Sequence record: NC_049438.1
Reading direction: 5' to 3' (one strand)
Source of the DNA: Acinetobacter phage vB_ApiM_fHyAci03
DNA: 64,000 bases
The translations under genes were made by a program, and so were the position numbers. The notes under the pieces were generated by a model. The model had not been told where the DNA came from. It saw only the letters and a list, made by a program, of their open reading frames with translations, and made no database searches. Positions 16,970 through 24,503 of the stretch are shown here, piece after piece (the first letter of the stretch is position 1; every line of letters begins with the position of its first letter).

Positions 16970-17114
16970 GTAAAGCACGCGTGCTTTACAAAATTTTGAT
17001 GTTATAATGGTTCTACCGGTTCACCGCTCTAATTATATCTGCTGTTCGGTCGGATAATATATGCTGCTGCGCAGCCGGCGCTGTGCGCCGAAATTAGATG
17101 TTTTAATTGTTTAG
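16970..17114. repeat. copy A of a ~130-bp inverted repeat (partner copy at 47991..48133, about 90 percent identical in opposite orientation)
   Basis: Direct comparison shows 52-nt and 38-nt identical blocks separated by a diverged 17-21-nt core. The repeat contains the palindrome GTAAAGCACGCGTGCTTTAC (16970..16989) and two GC hairpins, GCTGCTGCGCAGC (17063..17075) and CGGCGCTGTGCGCCG (17077..17091). Confidence 0.8.
16982..17008 (+). promoter_or_regulatory. MotA-box-like element (TGCTTTA) 14 nt upstream of TATAAT on the plus strand inside repeat copy A; middle-promoter-like geometry, antisense to the flanking genes
   Basis: TGCTTTA at 16982..16988 and TATAAT at 17003..17008. The same module in copy B faces the minus-strand genes. 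A strong bidirectional terminator lies 150 nt downstream at 17155..17177. Confidence 0.3.
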
Positions 17115-17154
17115 ATGTTTTTGATATATCTCGACTGATATTTTAGGCAAAAAT

Positions 17155-17177
17155 AAAGGAGCCATTTGGCTCCTTTT
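17155..17177. terminator. bidirectional terminator (AAAGGAGCCA-TT-TGGCTCCTTT with A/T runs on both sides)
   Basis: Lies immediately 3' of the macrodomain gene. It would also terminate plus-strand transcripts coming from repeat copy A. Confidence 0.6.
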
Positions 17178-17178
17178 G

Positions 17179-17622
17179 TTATATGTACAATACATAAATG
17201 TTCACGTCTGGCGTTACTTCGTTAATTATTTCTGCAATTTTCTCCCAGGTTCCACCTGCAATACCAGCGCCAATTTTAGGAATTCCCACCGATTTGCCGG
17301 CATATTTTTCATTGATTACAGTAAATGCCTTTCTGATGCTATCATATAAAACATGTTCAGGACATTTGCCAGGTCTGAACTGAGTATACGCATTAATGAT
17401 GTCGCCGTTAACAGTTTTGGCGATGCTCACATCGCCGAGCTTGCTCCAATCACCATATTCAGTTTTCTTGTCTGCTTCTAATGCAACAGGAAATGTCTTG
17501 CTAATAGAACCTGCAACTCCGGCTCCCATTGTATGGAAACAGTTGCAACCATGGGCTATCGCATCAAAATCATTATGTTGGAATGCTTCAAGCAAATCAC
17601 AATATACATATTGCCTAATCAT
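17179..17622 (-). CDS. TARG1/DarG-type macrodomain protein (ADP-ribose binding/hydrolase fold)
   Basis: 147 aa. …AIAHGCNCFHTMGAGVAGSI… and …GIPKIGAGIAGGTWEKIAEIINEV…IYVLYI align with TARG1 (…AHCISEDCRMGAGIAVLF…, …[25 protein letters not shown]…ITVYTL). Confidence 0.55.
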   Translation of the reverse strand: MIRQYVYCDLLEAFQHNDFDAIAHGCNCFHTMGAGVAGSISKTFPVALEADKKTEYGDWSKLGDVSIAKTVNGDIINAYTQFRPGKCPEHVLYDSIRKAFTVINEKYAGKSVGIPKIGAGIAGGTWEKIAEIINEVTPDVNIYVLYI

Positions 17623-17642
17623 TATTACCTCGGGTTAGATTA

Positions 17643-17864
17643 TTAAACGCCTAATGTTAAAGCACTTAATACTTTAGAGAATAAAGCCATTGCTGTTTCA
17701 GGCTCTACTGCTCCAGTTAAAGTGCCAACTGCTGCAGCGATAGCAGCTAATGCAATTGCTGCAAGACTCATTGTTGCCTTTGGGTTTTTCTTAAAGTTAT
17801 CGCTAACTTTGCTTTTAAGTTCAGTCTTCATGTTGTTCCTTATATGCTTTAGTAGCCTCTTCAA
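17643..17864 (-). CDS. small membrane protein
   Basis: 73 aa. Ala-rich TM segment. Confidence 0.3.
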   Translation of the reverse strand: MKRLLKHIRNNMKTELKSKVSDNFKKNPKATMSLAAIALAAIAAAVGTLTGAVEPETAMALFSKVLSALTLGV

Positions 17865-18012
17865 CTGTCATACCATCCAAAATATTGAGACAGATTCCAA
17901 GATCAGTATGCTCTTCAGTATCATATGCATGAACTGCATCTAACAGGTCTTGAGAATTACTGATTGCGGTAGCCAAGAAGCTTACTTGTTGTTTAGTTAG
18001 TGTTAGTGACAT
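17821..18012 (-). CDS. hypothetical protein
   Basis: 63-aa ORF. Confidence 0.3.
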   Translation of the reverse strand: MSLTLTKQQVSFLATAISNSQDLLDAVHAYDTEEHTDLGICLNILDGMTVEEATKAYKEQHED

Positions 18013-18112
18013 GTCTGTCTCCTAAAATATTTATTAACAGATTAATTACTAATCTATGCTTTACATCAAAAGTTATAAATAAAATTAAAAAAGCCTTTAA
18101 AATGCACCCGCC

Positions 18113-18460
18113 TTAATACAGGATTAAACTGTTGACAATAACCTCTTCTGGTGTCATCTGTGTCATTCTGCCTCTAGAAATTTCACGTAAACGTAATAGT
18201 GCAACGCCTTGACGATCCATTTCATGCTCAATAGAGTTCAATCGACGCTGCAGGCTTTGTGCATCAAATCTCATAGTTTTCAATTTCTTTAATGCACTTT
18301 CAGCCAAATTAGGCGTTGGTGAAACGCGAATAATGGACTTTTGAAGATTAAAAATTCGTGTTTCTAAACTATCGATTTGAGCTCTTAATGCTTGTGCACG
18401 TTTCTTGTTGAGCTTGATTTTGTACATTAAAGCGTTTTTGAGTTGATTAATTTCCACCAC
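18113..18460 (-). CDS. hypothetical coiled-coil protein
   Basis: 115 aa. Heptad-like K/R/E/L-rich sequence. Confidence 0.4.
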   Translation of the reverse strand: MVEINQLKNALMYKIKLNKKRAQALRAQIDSLETRIFNLQKSIIRVSPTPNLAESALKKLKTMRFDAQSLQRRLNSIEHEMDRQGVALLRLREISRGRMTQMTPEEVIVNSLILY

Positions 18461-18738
18461 ATTGTGTCCTTAATAATTCGCCATGCTAGTGCCCATGTGC
18501 TAAATGTAGTTAATGCAAATACTGCTAATGCAGTATCATTAGGAAATGATCCAGTCATAGCTATGTAAATTTGAGCTATATGAATTGTTAGCCATGATCC
18601 ACCGCACAAAGCAAATACAGCGGCTAATGCAATCATCGATTTCATGCTCATACAGTCACCGATTCTTTGTGCGTATCTTGTTCTACGTTTAAAACGAGAT
18701 ATGTTTGATGAACACCATAGGGCTTCCAACCTCTGCAT
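18427..18738 (-). CDS. hypothetical membrane protein
   Basis: 103 aa. The true start is probably an internal Met (MSMKSMIALAAVFALCGG…). It overlaps the upstream ORF. Confidence 0.35.
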   Translation of the reverse strand: MQRLEALWCSSNISRFKRRTRYAQRIGDCMSMKSMIALAAVFALCGGSWLTIHIAQIYIAMTGSFPNDTALAVFALTTFSTWALAWRIIKDTMWWKLINSKTL

Positions 18739-19115
18739 TGCCCAAAACCTTTTAGCCTATAGCCCATTGAACCACGAGCTCTGTACATCTTAATATACTT
18801 TTCTTTAAGCAAACGTTGCAATGCAGGAGATCGTTGTAAATTTACACAATGCTCACGATTGATAGGCAATCTGACGTATTCGCCTTCAATTTGCTGTTTA
18901 AAGAACTCTTTATAGTATTTGTACTGATCGGCATCAGAAATTCTGCCGCCAATAAGCTTTAAAATTTGCATACGTGCTAATCGTTTTGCTTCATATGCGA
19001 CAAATCGTTCTTCAATTTGTGGATTCTTTGCACGTACGCGATCTTCAAGATTTCCGAACGTTAAAAGCTCTTGGTGCTTAAGATCACTTAGTATTTCTGC
19101 CAAACTGCTCATCAA
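18648..19115 (-). CDS. hypothetical protein
   Basis: 155-aa ORF. Confidence 0.4.
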   Translation of the reverse strand: MMSSLAEILSDLKHQELLTFGNLEDRVRAKNPQIEERFVAYEAKRLARMQILKLIGGRISDADQYKYYKEFFKQQIEGEYVRLPINREHCVNLQRSPALQRLLKEKYIKMYRARGSMGYRLKGFGQCRGWKPYGVHQTYLVLNVEQDTHKESVTV

Positions 19116-19290
19116 GCAACTCCGTAAATTTATCTGCTACCTTAACAACATTTTGAAGGTAATACTTTTCGCCAAACAGTAATGGCGTTTCCAATTTAGC
19201 CTTGATAGCTTGTAAGCCACCAAGTGCTTTAACCAATTTTACATGCGTGTGGTATTGATATTCGATACCATTAATAGTTAATACAAACAT
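19084..19290 (-). CDS. hypothetical protein
   Basis: 68-aa ORF. Confidence 0.3.
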   Translation of the reverse strand: MFVLTINGIEYQYHTHVKLVKALGGLQAIKAKLETPLLFGEKYYLQNVVKVADKFTELLDEQFGRNTK

Positions 19291-19496
19291 TAGAGCTCCG
19301 AGTTTTCATCTACACAAAGTAATCCGAACCAAACAACAATTACGAATATCACGTAGAATGTTAATGGCAACGCTTCAGGTAAAGGTCCAATAAGTACCTT
19401 TAATGGAATTATAACTATTGCAGTCAAAAGTATTGCTACAATAGCAGACAAAAATGCACAAGTAACCATGTATGGGAATGTAAGCTGCCATTTCAT
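19290..19496 (-). CDS. small membrane protein
   Basis: 68 aa. Two hydrophobic segments. Confidence 0.35.
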   Translation of the reverse strand: MKWQLTFPYMVTCAFLSAIVAILLTAIVIIPLKVLIGPLPEALPLTFYVIFVIVVWFGLLCVDENSEL

Positions 19497-19825
19497 GCTA
19501 AATTCTCCAACAATTTACGTTCATCGATACATCGTTGGCATTTAGTGCAATCAGAAGTTATGCCGTGTTTAGAACGTTCAATACCTTGAAGGTCCATTTC
19601 TTCGATAGCTGCTGCAATAGCATAGTATTGTACAACAAGTGGAAATCTATGACTTGATAACACTTCACTACATGTAAATTTACCTCTAAACAAAATATTT
19701 GTATGAAGGCCATCAGATTGTTGGATATCTCGGATGTAACCTCGAACGAGCAGAGTTGCATGAAGCTCGTCATAACGTTGACCAAGGAAACGTCGAAGTG
19801 CTACAAATTTAGGTTTATTTTGCAT
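19493..19825 (-). CDS. hypothetical protein with C-terminal Cys cluster
   Basis: 110 aa. …CTKCQRC…. Confidence 0.4.
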   Translation of the reverse strand: MQNKPKFVALRRFLGQRYDELHATLLVRGYIRDIQQSDGLHTNILFRGKFTCSEVLSSHRFPLVVQYYAIAAAIEEMDLQGIERSKHGITSDCTKCQRCIDERKLLENLA

Positions 19826-19863
19826 GATATTTTACTCATTAATTTCTGATAATGCCATTATAC

Positions 19864-19896
19864 TACATAATGACACTTGTGTAAATAGGTTTTATT
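19864..19896 (-). promoter_or_regulatory. early promoter
   Basis: ATTATA at 19866..19871 and TGTAAA at 19889..19894. Confidence 0.5.
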
Positions 19897-20365
19897 TTAA
19901 AAAGAACGGAATATCACGACCAGTCCATTTTGCCATATGCGCCTTTTCGTTTTTGTAAAGTGTACGATATTCTGCGATTGCATTTGTGTGAACAATTCGT
20001 CCAGGCATCACTGCGACGAATGGCGTAAGTTTATTTGCACCAAGTGGAATTTTATCGATATTGTCGATTAAGGCAGGGATCAAGCGTGAACTAGCATGAA
20101 CTTTGCCATAGCGATATGTATATTCACTAAGTAACTCGATAACTAAGTCAAGGAGAAACTCGTAGTTTTGGCGAGATTGCATTGTCCATACAACACATGG
20201 ATGATTTTTATGAGTTGCACGATATAAAATATCGCTTTCGATGCCATTTAATCGAGAAACAGTTGAAAGAATTTGACAATATTCGACACACATTTTAACA
20301 ACATGTTTGTCACAGTGGTACTGTGCAGATTTAGCTGGATTTGCGTCGAAATGAAAAATATTCAT
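19892..20365 (-). CDS. hypothetical protein
   Basis: 157 aa. Preceded by an early promoter and terminator. Confidence 0.45.
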   Translation of the reverse strand: MNIFHFDANPAKSAQYHCDKHVVKMCVEYCQILSTVSRLNGIESDILYRATHKNHPCVVWTMQSRQNYEFLLDLVIELLSEYTYRYGKVHASSRLIPALIDNIDKIPLGANKLTPFVAVMPGRIVHTNAIAEYRTLYKNEKAHMAKWTGRDIPFFLK

Positions 20366-20399
20366 GATGTTTACTCAATGTAGATTAGATCTGATAGAT

Positions 20400-20433
20400 G
20401 TATTATACTAAAATAAAAAGCATGTGTAAACAG
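20400..20433 (-). promoter_or_regulatory. early promoter upstream of 19892..20365
   Basis: ATTATA at 20402..20407 and GTAAAC at 20426..20431. Confidence 0.6.
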
Positions 20434-20457
20434 TTTTACTAATTATTTTTTACTACA

Positions 20458-20477
20458 ATGGAGCCTTACGGCTCCAT
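20458..20477. terminator. terminator hairpin (ATGGAGCC-TTAC-GGCTCCAT)
   Basis: Perfect 8-bp stem with a T-run on the plus side. Confidence 0.5.
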
Positions 20478-20482
20478 TTTTG

Positions 20483-20689
20483 TTATGCTATTTCCATTTT
20501 AGAAATATCAAAATACGAATATTCCCAGCATCCACCATTTTCATCATAACACCAAACCATTGATTTAGGAGGCATATGTCCTGGAGGTGGTGTAATTTCC
20601 TCTTCAATAGGCTTGTAGAAATAAAATTCACCATCAAAAACTGTAACAACTGTTGTGCCTTCAGGAAGTTTAGTGGAAAATGCTTTCAT
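20483..20689 (-). CDS. hypothetical protein
   Basis: 68-aa ORF with its own promoter. Confidence 0.35.
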   Translation of the reverse strand: MKAFSTKLPEGTTVVTVFDGEFYFYKPIEEEITPPPGHMPPKSMVWCYDENGGCWEYSYFDISKMEIA

Positions 20690-20722
20690 AACAATACTCT
20701 TGGTGAATTAGATTTGATAGAG

Positions 20723-20756
20723 CTATTATAATATAGCCCTATCATGATGTAAACAG
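20723..20756 (-). promoter_or_regulatory. early promoter with PeSL dyad (GATAGAGCTAT…ATAGCCCTATC)
   Basis: ATTATA at 20725..20730 and GTAAAC at 20749..20754. Confidence 0.6.
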
Positions 20757-20757
20757 A

Positions 20758-21117
20758 TTATTTCATGAAATATGAAATGGTGTCGCCATCCATATAAACC
20801 GCTTCACCTTGGCTAGCGATAAAATCTTTTGCATCATCTAACCATTCAAATCCTTCTTGATTCATTACTTCTTCAATGAAGATTACTGAACCTGAAGATG
20901 AATATCTAACTACCATATAGTACCAGCCTTTCTCATAGATTTCATCATTATCAACAACTCGGTACACTGCGAAGCCATCAAGATCACAAGTTTGATCAAT
21001 GTTATGCGAGATTTTATTAACTGAGAAAGCTACAACCGATTGAATTTCAACGTTAGGAAACTCTGCACAAATTGCAGATTTAAGAGCAGAAATTGAAGGA
21101 GTAGTAAATTGTTTCAT
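20758..21117 (-). CDS. hypothetical protein
   Basis: 119-aa ORF with its own promoter. Confidence 0.4.
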   Translation of the reverse strand: MKQFTTPSISALKSAICAEFPNVEIQSVVAFSVNKISHNIDQTCDLDGFAVYRVVDNDEIYEKGWYYMVVRYSSSGSVIFIEEVMNQEGFEWLDDAKDFIASQGEAVYMDGDTISYFMK

Positions 21118-21208
21118 TATGATTTCCTCATGTTGTTTATCGATTTGATAGTTGTATTATACCACAAAAGGTGCACGTTGTACACCTTTTTATGAAATTA
21201 TTTAAAAA

Positions 21209-21643
21209 TTAATCAAAATAGTCTTCATCGTCTTCATCTGAATCTTCATCGGCAGTAAAGATTACAAGTTCGGATGTTTCATCCGCGAATGTGAACATGC
21301 CATTGTAATATGATACATAAAGAACTTCATCAGTAAATATTGTTGCATGCTTATCTGCAACTAAGCGATTTACTTCTTCCATGTTGCATAGTTCTAATGG
21401 GATCGCACCAATCATGCCTGAATCTACTGGAAATTTGAGAGGACTATTTGATGAATAGTATCCATCACCATAAGCAGTATGATGTGCCCAAACTTGGTTA
21501 CCTGCGATTTCGTATACACCATCTACAATGCCATCAGCAATTAGAGCTTCATAATGCTCATCAAGCATTACATAACACGGATCACAAACTACATATGAAT
21601 TACGTTTAAGTTGCATTTTAATTTCCTCATTTACGAATATCAA
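21209..21643 (-). CDS. hypothetical protein with acidic C-terminal tail
   Basis: 144 aa. …DEDSDEDDEDYFD C-terminus. Confidence 0.4.
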   Translation of the reverse strand: MIFVNEEIKMQLKRNSYVVCDPCYVMLDEHYEALIADGIVDGVYEIAGNQVWAHHTAYGDGYYSSNSPLKFPVDSGMIGAIPLELCNMEEVNRLVADKHATIFTDEVLYVSYYNGMFTFADETSELVIFTADEDSDEDDEDYFD

Positions 21644-21693
21644 AAATTACTTTAACTTCGAGTTCTTGTTCTTCAAGAGATTCAATAGAATCT

Positions 21694-21876
21694 TCAGGTG
21701 TAAAGCCGTAGTTTGATAACCATTGTCTTATCATATTTAGGCTGAATACATTCATCTGCATCATAAGTCTGAATATTGCCTTCTGCATCAAAGTATGAAT
21801 AAAGGCCTTCAGATTCAACTGCGATAATTAAAACTGTACCTTTAGGGCGAGTATTGATAATTTGTTCGAAGTTCAT
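21694..21876 (-). CDS. hypothetical protein
   Basis: 60-aa ORF directly downstream of the promoter at 21913..21946. A competing overlapping frame exists at 21627..21818. Confidence 0.3.
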   Translation of the reverse strand: MNFEQIINTRPKGTVLIIAVESEGLYSYFDAEGNIQTYDADECIQPKYDKTMVIKLRLYT

Positions 21877-21912
21877 TGCTTTGTACCTTTATCCATATTT
21901 GATTTGTTAAGA

Positions 21913-21946
21913 CTATTATACCATAGCCTTATCACAATGTAAACTA
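21913..21946 (-). promoter_or_regulatory. early promoter
   Basis: ATTATA at 21915..21920 and GTAAAC at 21939..21944. Confidence 0.6.
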
Positions 21947-21949
21947 TTT

Positions 21950-22303
21950 TTAATAAATTTTGAATGCTTCAGTGTTTTCATGCAAATACTTGATTGCTTC
22001 TTCAAGAGTATCACAGATCCCGTCTTCATATGGTTCATCATCAATAGTAATATCCATTGTGCTTGTATCAACTGAAGAGCACCAAATAACATATTGCTGT
22101 GCATCTAAATCTGCATCAAAAACCGAATAAACTGTTGCAATGCGAAGTTCCCAGCCATCTTGACGTCCATTTTCTGTTAAAGGATTAGGCTTAGCAGAAA
22201 GAACAAATGTGTTTTTGTGGACGAAGTTACCATCAAGGATGTTAAAATCTGCAAGGAATTGATTGATAATTTGTTGTAAAGAAGGCAATTGGATGTTTAA
22301 CAT
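21950..22303 (-). CDS. hypothetical protein
   Basis: 117-aa ORF. Confidence 0.4.
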   Translation of the reverse strand: MLNIQLPSLQQIINQFLADFNILDGNFVHKNTFVLSAKPNPLTENGRQDGWELRIATVYSVFDADLDAQQYVIWCSSVDTSTMDITIDDEPYEDGICDTLEEAIKYLHENTEAFKIY

Positions 22304-22351
22304 GATATTTTCCTCAATTTCAAATAAAGATATTTTATTTGATAGAGCTAT

Positions 22352-22381
22352 TGTATAATATCCTTAAAGCAAAGTAAACTA
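22352..22381 (-). promoter_or_regulatory. early promoter
   Basis: TATAAT/ATTATA core at 22354..22360 and GTAAAC at 22374..22379. Confidence 0.45.
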
Positions 22382-22870
22382 AATTTTGAAATTATATTTG
22401 CTTTGGTACTCAACAATTACTGAGTAGTGTCCTTTAGGGTTCAAATACGACAGTCGTTCACACTCTTCAATAGCTCGAATGTGATCATCAAAACTACCTC
22501 GTGTTTCATAGTCGCCGCCATAATAGTGTTCTACTACAACAAACTTGATATCTGAAAATACTTTAGGTCCTGGATCTGGCACTTCAGTAAAATAGATCAT
22601 ATGTTCAGGGCTAATAACAAGCCGTTTGTCTTGTTCAGGATTACGTCTGAAAGCAATGATCTCTCGATCTTGCAAATCCGTAATGGTGCCATTGTCTTGA
22701 ATTTTAATGTAAGGATTATTTTTGATAAAGTGGTATTTGTAATTGTCATACACGTAGTTTTGTTGTGCTAAGTCATATAGCTCGGGATCAACTTTGTACC
22801 ATTTAGCCATGATAATTTCCTCTTTAGATGAATGTATTGTATTACAAAATTTTAGACATGTAAACCACAA
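22379..22870 (-). CDS. hypothetical protein
   Basis: 163-aa ORF. Confidence 0.4.
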   Translation of the reverse strand: MWFTCLKFCNTIHSSKEEIIMAKWYKVDPELYDLAQQNYVYDNYKYHFIKNNPYIKIQDNGTITDLQDREIIAFRRNPEQDKRLVISPEHMIYFTEVPDPGPKVFSDIKFVVVEHYYGGDYETRGSFDDHIRAIEECERLSYLNPKGHYSVIVEYQSKYNFKI

Positions 22871-22889
22871 AAGGCACTTAGGTGCCTTT
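22870..22889 (-). terminator. terminator hairpin (AAGGCAC-TTAG-GTGCCTT)
   Basis: 3' of 22878..23387. Confidence 0.5.
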
Positions 22890-23387
22890 TGAACGTAAAA
22901 ATTCTTTGAGTTCTCCGATAACCTTCACATGTCCGGCCTTTGAACCGAGATTGAAAATAGGAATATCATAATCAATAGCAATTCGAAGAGCCATTGCGGT
23001 TCCACCTTCAAGTTTGCCGTCAGGTGTCCAGCAGATAACGAAATCGACTGGCTCATCTAAACTATCGCCTAAAGTAATTTGAGCATTTCTGCCATGCATT
23101 TTACGTGCAGAAAAACTACAAGCTTTCCAATTAGGATGATATTTAGCAGCAAAATCAATATGGCGTTGCTTTAAAGCAGGTGTATCAGATGTGTAATTAT
23201 TGTAGCCTTGCCATGGCAACCAAAGTACAGTTGAATTAGGTGCACCATCAATAAATGCTTTATCTGCACCTAATGCGCCGCCAGTATGACAAACATGTCC
23301 GAGAATATCGAGCTCTTTTGCAAGTTGGCGCATAATTGCAAGAATATCCATAGGCGTTCTACGAGATCCGATGCCGGCGTATTTCAT
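22878..23387 (-). CDS. DprA/Smf-like SLOG (Rossmann) domain protein
   Basis: 169 aa. …YAGIGSRRTP…LGHVCHTGGALGADKAFIDGA… and …GGTAMALRIAI… resemble the DprA Rossmann core (GSR…SGLARGID…). Confidence 0.45.
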   Translation of the reverse strand: MKYAGIGSRRTPMDILAIMRQLAKELDILGHVCHTGGALGADKAFIDGAPNSTVLWLPWQGYNNYTSDTPALKQRHIDFAAKYHPNWKACSFSARKMHGRNAQITLGDSLDEPVDFVICWTPDGKLEGGTAMALRIAIDYDIPIFNLGSKAGHVKVIGELKEFLRSKGT

Positions 23388-23396
23388 AGGAAGTCC

Positions 23397-23711
23397 TCAA
23401 ATAACTACGTTAGGCAAAACGACGTCATATGTTTTGTCAAAAATTTCAGGTTTACACGGGTAATATTCACCATTTACTCCCTGAATGATGTAGTCATTAA
23501 GTGAAGCAGTCATTGTGCCTTCAAGTGTTTCGATAGAGAGTCCAGATTCCATGACTCGGTCATACATTGCGTTAAAGTTTGCAGCAGTATTAGGATCAAT
23601 TACAACATCTAATCCCATAAACAAGAGAACATTTTCAAGAGATTCAGGTGTACCAAGCCATTGAACTGCATAAACTTCAACTGGTTTCTTTCGAGCGAGA
23701 ATTTTAGTCAT
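23397..23711 (-). CDS. hypothetical protein
   Basis: 104-aa ORF. Confidence 0.4.
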   Translation of the reverse strand: MTKILARKKPVEVYAVQWLGTPESLENVLLFMGLDVVIDPNTAANFNAMYDRVMESGLSIETLEGTMTASLNDYIIQGVNGEYYPCKPEIFDKTYDVVLPNVVI

Positions 23712-23726
23712 ATTTAAACCTCAAAA

Positions 23727-23746
23727 AAGGGCACAATGTGCCCTTT
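23727..23746 (-). terminator. terminator hairpin (GGGCAC-AAT-GTGCCC)
   Basis: 3' of the 45-aa ORF. A- and T-runs on either side. Confidence 0.5.
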
Positions 23747-23757
23747 GTTTTAATTGA

Positions 23758-23895
23758 TTAAGCTGCGTTAACACGAGCTATACGAGCAAATGCAAGTTTA
23801 AGAGAAAGCTTTTGTGTAGCTCGCGGATCACGTAATTTGCCAACTTTAGAGGTTGCAAATACTGGAGTTTCGTTTTTAGCTTTAGCCTTTGACAT
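23758..23895 (-). CDS. small basic protein (45 aa)
   Basis: MSKAKAKNETPVFATSKVGKLRDPRATQKLSLKLAFARIARVNAA. Lies between 23919..24503 and the terminator at 23727..23746. Absent from the ORF track because it is under 60 aa. Confidence 0.3.
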   Translation of the reverse strand: MSKAKAKNETPVFATSKVGKLRDPRATQKLSLKLAFARIARVNAA

Positions 23896-23918
23896 GATAA
23901 TTTCCTCTGCAAGATTAA

Positions 23919-24503
23919 TCAAATAGATTTATTTGATAAGGCAATTATATCACATACCTTATTCGAAGTAAACTGCTTTTCTTCATTATCCAATTTTTGT
24001 TCAATCGCGATAATGGCATGAACCCATTTCTTATAAACGAGTGCACGGCTAATTTTTGATAAACGGCTGATTCGCCATCCTTGATGAATGTAATCTTTTA
24101 CATCAGATTTGAGTACAATCATTTCAGTGTACGAGACATCAGTTCCTTTGAAAATTTCAACGTATTCACGTTTAGGTTCCCAGAACTTTGGCAAGAGGTC
24201 TGTAACGTGGTCGAAGTCAATAAACGATTTTCTTGCTTCTTCTAAATCGTCAAAGAGGTTAGGTGACATAGGTTGTACAGAACAAACATCTCCAGCAATT
24301 TTATCAGTTTCACGATTTATATACATATCACGTACTCTATTTTTAGCCCAGTTCCTACGTTTAGTTCTAGACATACCTGAAGGCATTTTGTACCCTTCTT
24401 GACCAATAAGATCTGCCAATCGTCGAATACTGATGCCGAGGTGATGTTGCTCAGGATTTTCATCCTGAGCTATTTGATTAGTAACCATTGTTTTGGCGTT
24501 CAA
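23919..24503 (-). CDS. hypothetical protein
   Basis: 194-aa ORF overlapping the gp56 3' end by 26 nt. Confidence 0.4.
   Translation of the reverse strand: MNAKTMVTNQIAQDENPEQHHLGISIRRLADLIGQEGYKMPSGMSRTKRRNWAKNRVRDMYINRETDKIAGDVCSVQPMSPNLFDDLEEARKSFIDFDHVTDLLPKFWEPKREYVEIFKGTDVSYTEMIVLKSDVKDYIHQGWRISRLSKISRALVYKKWVHAIIAIEQKLDNEEKQFTSNKVCDIIALSNKSI

Noticed and set aside
16982-17100. tRNA or tRNA-like gene inside the 130-bp repeat (GGTTC…ACCGG segments)
   Set aside because: No cloverleaf can be drawn. There is no GTTCRANYC T-loop and no acceptor stem with a 3' CCA context. The GC hairpins are simple stem-loops.
21627-21818. 63-aa ORF overlapping 21694..21876 in another frame
   Set aside because: The two frames overlap by 125 nt. 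The upstream frame (21694..21876) is positioned correctly behind the promoter at 21913..21946, so the overlapping frame was not called. Either could be real.
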